From: Candidatus Saccharimonadota bacterium
GTDB taxonomy: Bacteria; Patescibacteriota; Gracilibacteria; UBA4473
Assembly: GCA_030429505.1 (NCBI GenBank)
Contig: JAUIFI010000001.1
Span: 870,001-902,000 of the forward strand
DNA: 32,000 nucleotides
Direction: 5' to 3'
Within the stretch, counting starts at the first letter, position 1. Each line of letters begins with the position of its first letter. The notes under the pieces are model-generated. The model had not been told where the DNA came from, searched no databases, and saw nothing but the letters and a program-made list of their open reading frames with translations. This document shows positions 25,815 through 32,000 of the stretch, one piece after another. The translations under genes and the position numbers were made by a program.

Positions 25815-26504
25815 TCAAGATTCCGAAGTTATTCTCTCAAAATCATCAACCGAAAAGTAAACAGCCTCTTGTCCCCGCACCGAAGCGAACCATAGTTTCG
25901 TTTTGTATGCAAGTACTTCATTAATTTCGATATAAATATTTGAATACCGGCTGTCAACACTAAAACGAGCCCTCGCTCTCAGGGCTTCACATTCTTGCAG
26001 AATCTTTTTTCCCTTTTTACTTTGGAGAAGTACTTGCTGAAACTGATCCCATCCCATCTCTGTAGGATGGCACATTGAGATCCATTCAGATTTAGACTTA
26101 CCTTTTATATAAAAGTAAAAATCATACCGATCCTTCTTAAGCAGACTATCCATTGTCGAAAATTTCATCGAAATTTGATACCCTGAATAAGGATCATCAA
26201 TATCTCCAACCTTCTCAACCGGATAACGTCCCAATATCTTATCGTTTCTTATAAGGTAAGCAATCGGGGGGGTGACAAAAGTGTCCACCTGAATATTTCC
26301 TCTTAACGTATCTTGACGACCACTCATTCGATCGAAAACAGGGTTTTGATTATCTCCCCATGACAACAAGACCCTGTTATAATTTGCGTCTGGGAATGCG
26401 GCTGATAAATAATTATCAGAATAATACCGAGGAGATTCCTGGGTACAAGAAGAGAGGGCAAAAAACAACATCCCCAAAAAAACACTATGAGATAAGAATT
26501 TCAT
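25815..26504 (-). CDS. hypothetical lipoprotein (229 aa)
   Basis: Internal ATG at 26504 gives MKFLSHSVFLGMLFFALSSC (lipobox). A strong SD, AAGGAGG, lies 5 nt upstream. I recognise no family. Confidence 0.55.
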   Translation of the reverse strand: MKFLSHSVFLGMLFFALSSCTQESPRYYSDNYLSAAFPDANYNRVLLSWGDNQNPVFDRMSGRQDTLRGNIQVDTFVTPPIAYLIRNDKILGRYPVEKVGDIDDPYSGYQISMKFSTMDSLLKKDRYDFYFYIKGKSKSEWISMCHPTEMGWDQFQQVLLQSKKGKKILQECEALRARARFSVDSRYSNIYIEINEVLAYKTKLWFASVRGQEAVYFSVDDFERITSES

Positions 26505-26677
26505 AATAACCTCCTTATTCGATTTAAAATACATTTCTGACGGAAGGCTCAACCATCTCTCCAAAAATAGCCGGGCATTCCACCAGAAAAAAACATGAGT
26601 TGAAAAAGAGCGAGTGTCTTGGTCGTATTATTTCAGTCAATCCCAAAAGAAGAGAAAGAAAAAATGAATACAAAATA

Positions 26678-26705
26678 AATATAAATAAAAAACAAAATTT
26701 GTCAA
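26678..26705 (-). promoter_or_regulatory. sigma70-type promoter for the lipoprotein gene
   Basis: On the minus strand TTGACA (26705-26700), a 16-nt spacer, then TATATT (26683-26678). Confidence 0.4.
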
Positions 26706-26760
26706 ATTAAAAAAAATCAACAAAAACTATCCATTCCTTCATCAATCATGATTCAATCCT

Positions 26761-27288
26761 TCAGTACCGTGCCAAATGAGCAAAGGCTTTATTGGCCTGT
26801 GCCATACGATGTGATTCTTTCTTTTTCGTGACCGCCTGCCCAAGATCTTGAGAAGCATCCATCAACTCTGAAGCAAGACGTTTATACATTGGCTGACCTT
26901 TACGAGCTCGAGCAGCATCCAAAATCCAACGAATAGATAAACTCTGCTGTCTTTTTGACGTGACTTCAATTGGAATCTGATACACCGCTCCTCCAATACG
27001 TTTTGGACGAACTTCCATCATAGGAGTCGCATTTTCAAGAGCAAGCTCAAAGGTCTTGAGAGGGTCTTTTTCTCCTCTACGAAAAAGCTCTTCAAAAGCA
27101 TCCATTAAAATCCTTTGTGCAATTGTTTTTTTTCCTTCTTTCATAATACAATTCACAAGCTTTGTCTGAAGGGGATCCGTATAAGAAAACTGGCTCGTAT
27201 ATTTTTTCTTTTTTTCTCCCGAAGAAGTCTTTGCTTCATCAGTCTTCGGTCGCAGTTCAGTAGAGGTTGTCTTATCTTTATCAGTCAT
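26761..27288 (-). CDS. rpsG: 30S ribosomal protein S7 with an N-terminal extension
   Basis: DPLQTKLVNCIMKEGKKTIAQRIL, MEVRPKRIGGAVYQIPIEV and HRMAQANKAFAHLARY are S7 signatures. About 20 extra K/T/E-rich residues precede them. Length is 175 aa. Confidence 0.95.
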   Translation of the reverse strand: MTDKDKTTSTELRPKTDEAKTSSGEKKKKYTSQFSYTDPLQTKLVNCIMKEGKKTIAQRILMDAFEELFRRGEKDPLKTFELALENATPMMEVRPKRIGGAVYQIPIEVTSKRQQSLSIRWILDAARARKGQPMYKRLASELMDASQDLGQAVTKKKESHRMAQANKAFAHLARY

Positions 27289-27299
27289 ATCAAATCAAA

Positions 27300-27710
27300 T
27301 TATTTAGGCTTCTTGGTTCCATAACGAGACCGCCCCTGTTTTCGATCTGTAACCCCTTGGGTATCAAGAGTTCCTCGTACAATATGATAACGAACTCCTA
27401 CCAAATCTTTCACTCTTCCACCTCGCAAAAGCACTACAGAGTGTTCTTGAAGATTGTGACCTTCCCCCATAATATAGGCATTCACCTCATATCCATTAGT
27501 AAGTCTCACCCGAGCCATTTTTCGCAAAGCCGAATTTGGCTTCTTAGGAGTAATTGTTGTTACTTTTACACATACACCTCTTTTTTGAGGAGAGAAAAGC
27601 ACTCGAGACTTATTTTTCAAAGCATTAAGTGTATACATCAACGCTGGAGACTTAGACTTCGTAGTCTTGTCTTTCCTTGGCTTTCGAATGAGTTGGTTCA
27701 CAGTAGGCAT
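27300..27710 (-). CDS. rpsL: 30S ribosomal protein S12
   Basis: Internal ATG at 27710 gives [37 protein letters not shown] and [18 protein letters not shown] are also present. Length is 136 aa. The track ORF 27300..27932 over-extends into rpoC. Confidence 0.95.
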   Translation of the reverse strand: MPTVNQLIRKPRKDKTTKSKSPALMYTLNALKNKSRVLFSPQKRGVCVKVTTITPKKPNSALRKMARVRLTNGYEVNAYIMGEGHNLQEHSVVLLRGGRVKDLVGVRYHIVRGTLDTQGVTDRKQGRSRYGTKKPK

Positions 27711-27720
27711 AAAATAAAAC

Positions 27721-30700
27721 TTAGGCTGCAAGGGGTTTTTTGTTTTTAAAACCAGTCCCAGCTGGAATAAGCCGACCGATAATAACGTTTTCTTTGAGTC
27801 CGTCAAGATGATCAACCTTTCGAGTAGTAGACGCTTCAACCAAAACCCGAGTAGTTTCTTGAAAAGAAGCTGCTGATAACCACGAATCAGTCCACAAAGA
27901 CACTCGGGTAAGACCCAAAAGCAAACGTTCAAACCGAACTGGTTTCTTCTTCTTTCTCCCTAAATCTTTATTAAGATGTATACAATCAACATGATCTTTT
28001 ACTTCCCCTGGTAACCAACTTGAATCTCCCGGATCAATAATACGAACTTTTGAAAACATCTGCCGGACAATAACCTCTATATGTTTTTCATTAATATCTT
28101 GTCCTTGAGAAGTATAAATATTAAGCACTTCATACAAAATATACTCCTGAACCTTCTCAACCGAAGTAAGATCCATAAGTTTTCGTAGATCAAGATGTCC
28201 AATAGTTAATGGTTGTCCTTTTTCGACAAAGTCACCATCATTCACCTTTAAGGTTACGCGAGAAGAAGTCGTATATACTCTTTCGGCTTTTTTGTCCTGA
28301 TGAACAACAATTTCTGTATCAGAAAGGGATTTAACCGTACCGCTTGAACGAGATTTTAGTGTCTCCTTACTCTCAGTAGAACGAGCAATAATCTGTTTTT
28401 CTTTAATCTTGTCTCCCTTCTTCACCACTACTTCAAAGTCAAAAGGAACATGATGAACATCATCCTCTATCTTCTCCGAGTGAATAGCAATATGGGTTTC
28501 TTTTTTTCCTTTTGTAATAGATACCTTACCAGATATTTCAGCTATTTCCGCTGCTGCATTCGGAGTACGAGCTTCAAAAACTTCTTCTACTCTAGTAAGA
28601 CCTTGGGTAATTGATGCCCCCTCTGTCGCAATTCCTCCCATATGAAAGGTTCTCATCGTCAGCTGCGTTCCAGGCTCTCCAATTGACTGGGCCGCAATGA
28701 TCCCCACGGGCGTTCCAAACTCAACCGGTTTATTGTGTGCTAAATCATAACCATAACTTCTACGACAAACTCCCCCCTGAGTAGTGCAGTACATAACCGA
28801 AAAAATACCCACTTCATCCAACTGCTCATTACGAACCACCTCGAGAGCCTCTTCATTAAAAAGAGTTCCCTTTTTTAATACAACTTTTTTTCCTTTCATA
28901 ATATCATGAGCCAAATATCGACCAAAGATTCTTTTTTCAAAATTAATTCCAAGACGAGCCGACTCCTCTCGAGTAATAATACGATATTTATCCACTCCAC
29001 AATCTTCTTCTTGAACAATAACATCTTGAACAGAATCTACCAAACGGCGGGTAAGATAACCTGCTTCAGCAGTTTTCAATGCTGTATCTGATTTTCCTTT
29101 TCGTCCTCCATGAGTCGCAATAAAATATTCCAAAATAGTAAATCCTTCCTTTAAGTTTGAACGAATAGGAAGCTCGATAGTTCTTCCAGAAGGACTCGCC
29201 ACCAACCCCTTCATTCCAGCCATTTGAGTAATCTGCCCCCAGTTTCCCCGAGCACCCGAATCAATTTGATAATAAATATCATTCTCAGTGTCATAAGAAT
29301 CAATCATCTTCTGCATCACATCTGATTTCACTCGAGCCCAAATTTTAATCGTATGATTATATCTCTCTTCATCAGTAATAAGACCATACCAATACTGCTT
29401 ATTAATTTTATTCACAATATTATTTGCACGCTCAATAAGTTCTTCTTTATTTGCAGCCCCATGAAGATCAAAAACTGAAAAAGAAATTCCTGATTTCGTA
29501 GCATACTTAAATCCGAGATCCTTAATTGAATCTGCCAGCTTAGCTGTTGGATCATACCCACAAACCCTATACACTTCTGCTAATAAATTACTCAAAGCTT
29601 TTTTATGAAAAGCTTTATTTTGAAAAGTAATTTCTGGCGGAAGAATATTATTAAAAATCACCCGACCCACAGTCGTTTCCAAAAGTTCATCCTTAATACG
29701 AATTTTCACCTTAGCTTGAAGGTGTAGTATACCTGATTCATATGCATAAATAGCTTTTTCAGGAGAAGAAAAAGACATCCCAACACCTTTTTTATTTTCA
29801 AATCCTTGAGTCAAAAAATAACACCCCAACACCATATCCTGAGAGGGATTTACCACTGGATCACCACTTGAAGGCTTGAGAAGATTTCTTGAAGAAAGCA
29901 TGATTTCCTCAGCCTCCTGCTGAGCTCTCACTGAAAGTGGTAAATGAACAGCCATTTGATCTCCATCAAAATCTGCATTAAACGCCGCACACACCAAAGG
30001 ATGGATCTGAATAGCCTTTCCCTCAACCAACCGAGGCTTAAATGCCTGAATACCAAGCCTATGAAGAGTTGGAGCTCGATTAAGTAAGACATGCTTATCA
30101 CGAATTACCTCCTCAAGCACATCCCACACAATCTTTTCTCCACTTTTTATAATTTTTTCAGCGCTCTTTACATTAAAAGCCAACTCATACTTCACCAAAC
30201 GAGAAATCACAAAAGGCTTAAATAATTCAAGCATAATATACTTTGGCAAACCACACTCATCTATCCTTAGTTGTGGCCCAACCACAATCACAGAACGACC
30301 AGAGTAATCCACTCGTTTTCCCAAAAGATTTTGTCGAAAACGCCCCTGCTTTCCTTTTAACATATCAGACAATGATTTGAGTTTTCGTTTTTGAACGTAA
30401 TTCATCCCTGCTTTTGAGTTTCTCACTTGATTCGAAATCAAAATATCCACAGCCTCTTGGAGCATTCGTTTTTCATTTCGACAAATAATTTCAGGAGCTC
30501 CAAGTTGAATTAGTTTCTTAAGACGCTGATTCCTATTAATAACCCTACGATACAAATCATTAAGATCTGAGGTTGCAAACCTTCCGCCATCCAATTGAAC
30601 CATGGGCCGAAGATCTGGAGGAATAACCGGAATAACCGTTAAAACCATCCACTCTGGTTTCATCTTGCTTCGATGAAAAGACCCAGCCAATCTCATCCTT

Positions 30701-31566
30701 TTTACAATCTTTTTCTGTTTTTGCCCAGAAGATTTTTTATACTCCTCCTTCATATCACTAATAAATTTTTCTAAATTTATACGTTGCAAAAGCTCTCGAA
30801 CAGCATCAGCACCCACCCCAGCTCGAAAAATATTTCCAAACTTCATAGAAACATTTCTATAATCACTCTCTGTTAAAACCTCTCCCTCTCGAAGAAGTTT
30901 TAGTTCACCCTTTGCGGTGTCAAAATTCTCATTAATGCTTTCTAAATTCGCCACCAATTCCTGCTCAAGAGTAATAATGTCGGCTTCTTTTATATCCCCA
31001 GCCTTTAAAGATTTTTTAGCAGCACTCAAACTCTCACTATTCTCTTTTTTCGTTTGCTCTATCATTTTTTTATACTCCTCTTCTAATTTAACCAACTCTT
31101 TTTCTTTAGCATCTTCATCAACATCAACCACAATATATGAAGCAAAATAAACAACTTGTTCTAACCTTTTCACCGGCAACCCCAAAAGCAAACCTATTTT
31201 TGAAGGGGTTGAGCGTAGAAACCAAGTATGTGTTACTGGCACAGCAAGTTTTATATGCCCCATCTGCTCTCGGCGAACAATTGAGCGCGTCACCTCCACA
31301 CCACACACTTCACAAACAATTCCTCGATATCGAATTCGTTTATATTTTCCACAAGCACATTCCCAGTTTTTTACTGGACCAAAAACCTTTTGACAAAAAA
31401 GACCATCTCTCTCAGGTTTTTGAGTTCTATAATTAATAGTCTCCGGTTTTGTAATCTCTCCACGAGACCATCCTAAAATATCTTCAGGGGAAGCAATCGA
31501 CAAGGCAATAGCATTAAAGTCTTTTGCTGGCTTACGTCCGGAAGAAGTTTGAGAAGGAGGAACCAT
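27721..31566 (-). CDS. rpoC: DNA-directed RNA polymerase subunit beta prime
   Basis: The N-terminus is complete: [32 protein letters not shown], then the Zn ribbon [23 protein letters not shown]. The catalytic [12 protein letters not shown] motif is present. Length is 1281 aa. Confidence 0.97.
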   Translation of the reverse strand: MVPPSQTSSGRKPAKDFNAIALSIASPEDILGWSRGEITKPETINYRTQKPERDGLFCQKVFGPVKNWECACGKYKRIRYRGIVCEVCGVEVTRSIVRREQMGHIKLAVPVTHTWFLRSTPSKIGLLLGLPVKRLEQVVYFASYIVVDVDEDAKEKELVKLEEEYKKMIEQTKKENSESLSAAKKSLKAGDIKEADIITLEQELVANLESINENFDTAKGELKLLREGEVLTESDYRNVSMKFGNIFRAGVGADAVRELLQRINLEKFISDMKEEYKKSSGQKQKKIVKRMRLAGSFHRSKMKPEWMVLTVIPVIPPDLRPMVQLDGGRFATSDLNDLYRRVINRNQRLKKLIQLGAPEIICRNEKRMLQEAVDILISNQVRNSKAGMNYVQKRKLKSLSDMLKGKQGRFRQNLLGKRVDYSGRSVIVVGPQLRIDECGLPKYIMLELFKPFVISRLVKYELAFNVKSAEKIIKSGEKIVWDVLEEVIRDKHVLLNRAPTLHRLGIQAFKPRLVEGKAIQIHPLVCAAFNADFDGDQMAVHLPLSVRAQQEAEEIMLSSRNLLKPSSGDPVVNPSQDMVLGCYFLTQGFENKKGVGMSFSSPEKAIYAYESGILHLQAKVKIRIKDELLETTVGRVIFNNILPPEITFQNKAFHKKALSNLLAEVYRVCGYDPTAKLADSIKDLGFKYATKSGISFSVFDLHGAANKEELIERANNIVNKINKQYWYGLITDEERYNHTIKIWARVKSDVMQKMIDSYDTENDIYYQIDSGARGNWGQITQMAGMKGLVASPSGRTIELPIRSNLKEGFTILEYFIATHGGRKGKSDTALKTAEAGYLTRRLVDSVQDVIVQEEDCGVDKYRIITREESARLGINFEKRIFGRYLAHDIMKGKKVVLKKGTLFNEEALEVVRNEQLDEVGIFSVMYCTTQGGVCRRSYGYDLAHNKPVEFGTPVGIIAAQSIGEPGTQLTMRTFHMGGIATEGASITQGLTRVEEVFEARTPNAAAEIAEISGKVSITKGKKETHIAIHSEKIEDDVHHVPFDFEVVVKKGDKIKEKQIIARSTESKETLKSRSSGTVKSLSDTEIVVHQDKKAERVYTTSSRVTLKVNDGDFVEKGQPLTIGHLDLRKLMDLTSVEKVQEYILYEVLNIYTSQGQDINEKHIEVIVRQMFSKVRIIDPGDSSWLPGEVKDHVDCIHLNKDLGRKKKKPVRFERLLLGLTRVSLWTDSWLSAASFQETTRVLVEASTTRKVDHLDGLKENVIIGRLIPAGTGFKNKKPLAA

Positions 31567-31582
31567 AGGATAAAAAAGAAAG

Positions 31583-31604
31583 AAAAAAAGACGTTCAAAC
31601 GTCT
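31583..31604 (-). terminator. terminator-like hairpin plus U-tract in the rpoC leader
   Basis: Minus strand reads AGACGU-UUGA-ACGUCU (31604-31589), a 6-bp stem. It is followed by UUUUUUUCUUUCUUUUUUAUCCU and then the AUG at 31566. Confidence 0.45.
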
Positions 31605-31662
31605 ACACAAACTAAGAAATTGGATCTAAAAGATATATACACCAAAAATCATGATCGCCAGC

Positions 31663-31690
31663 ATTGTAGGAACAAAAAACAAAGCGTCAA
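31663..31690 (-). promoter_or_regulatory. sigma70-type promoter dedicated to rpoC
   Basis: On the minus strand TTGACG (31690-31685), a 16-nt spacer, then TACAAT (31668-31663). It lies about 95 nt upstream of the rpoC ATG. Confidence 0.45.
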
Positions 31691-32000
31691 GTTATTTTAT
31701 CCCCATTAAAACATTTCTATTTTATTAGAATTAATAAATATTTAAAAATTAGTTATATAGAAAAGAAAAAATGTGAAAAAAAAAAGATCTTTATTTAAAA
31801 AGGTTTTTTAAATTATTTGACTTTTTTGATCAAAAAATAATTTCTTATTTATTTTCAATTTTTTAAAATTTGTATTCATTATTTTTTCCTTTTCTATAGA
31901 TATTTCTTATGAAACAAAAAAAGATTCTGAAATATCCATTTATTTTTGTGGAAAACTTTTGGAAAAAAAGACAAAAACCTCAATTTTTTTTGTGTAAAAA

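Noticed and set aside
27267-27749. Long antisense or alternative-frame ORFs in the track. Examples: 27267..27749 (+), 757..1161 (-), 2226..2627 (+), 6901..7284 (-), 11433..11834 (+), 13420..13725 (+), 15983..16351 (+), 19485..19883 (-), 25594..25860 (+)
   Set aside because: All are embedded in or opposite confidently identified conserved genes or leaders. They have low-complexity, composition-driven sequences (P/T/H/Q/K- or F/L/S-rich) with no motifs. They are the expected by-product of the strand composition bias.
1-32000. Alternative genetic code (UGA recoded as Gly, as in Gracilibacteria/Absconditabacteria), considered given the CPR-like gene content
   Set aside because: rpoC (1281 aa), ileS (1106 aa), rnj, pilB, pilC and all r-protein genes are uninterrupted and full-length under the standard code. 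TGA also serves as the terminal stop of well-delimited genes, for example in the ATGA stop/start overlaps at 6842-6845, 9023-9026, 9577-9580 and 16187-16190.
31909-32000. ORF opening at ATG 31909 and running off the window edge (MKQKKILKYPFIFVENFWKKRQKPQFFLCK...)
   Set aside because: Only about 30 codons are visible in very AT-rich sequence, with no motif and no SD. It cannot be distinguished from chance and is mentioned only as context for the origin/divergent-region idea.
1-32000. CRISPR arrays, rRNA or tRNA genes, transposases, integrases, phage genes, toxin-antitoxin pairs or recognisable defence systems
   Set aside because: I found no spaced direct repeats, no cloverleaf-compatible sequences and no recombinase, RT or nuclease-NTPase signatures in any ORF. 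The RmuC-like protein has no partner genes. A computational scan (tRNAscan-SE, minced, DefenseFinder) would be needed for certainty.

Overview
AT-rich bacterial chromosomal window read with the standard genetic code. I call about 32 protein genes and see no rRNA, tRNA, CRISPR array, transposase or integrase. Left third: rdgB (5'-truncated) and pyrH, then a split type IV pilus / type IV filament locus. On the minus strand it has a PilX-like gene, gpmA as an interloper on the plus strand, pilB, and a degenerate glutamate-racemase-like gene. Divergent from these on the plus strand are pilN-like, pilO-like, pilC and four prepilin-like genes, followed by a convergent membrane-anchored RmuC-like nuclease. 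Middle: a small alpha/beta hydrolase; a roughly 340-nt leader whose 3' end reproduces a T-box antiterminator/terminator in front of overlapping rpiB-ileS (type-2 IleRS); a Trm9-like methyltransferase/NifS-like pair; an orphan VirB2/TrbC-like small pilin; RNase J; a lipoprotein; an RluD-family synthase; murJ. Right third, all on the minus strand: promoter-leader-rpoC-rpsL-rpsG, an inserted lipoprotein gene with its own promoter and terminator, then promoter-leader-rplJ-rplL-terminator. rpoC has no adjacent rpoB and is preceded by more than 430 nt of AT-rich non-coding DNA carrying DnaA-box-like 9-mers and GATC palindromes. Three essential operons (rpiB-ileS, rplJL, rpoC-rpsLG) each have a terminator-like hairpin plus U-tract 0-22 nt upstream of the start codon. 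The gene content (T4P plus a VirB2-like pilin, few Shine-Dalgarno sites, N-terminal extensions, broken r-protein synteny) suggests an uncultivated small-genome lineage such as Patescibacteria/CPR. That placement is inference only. All homology calls come from motif recognition by eye, not database searches.
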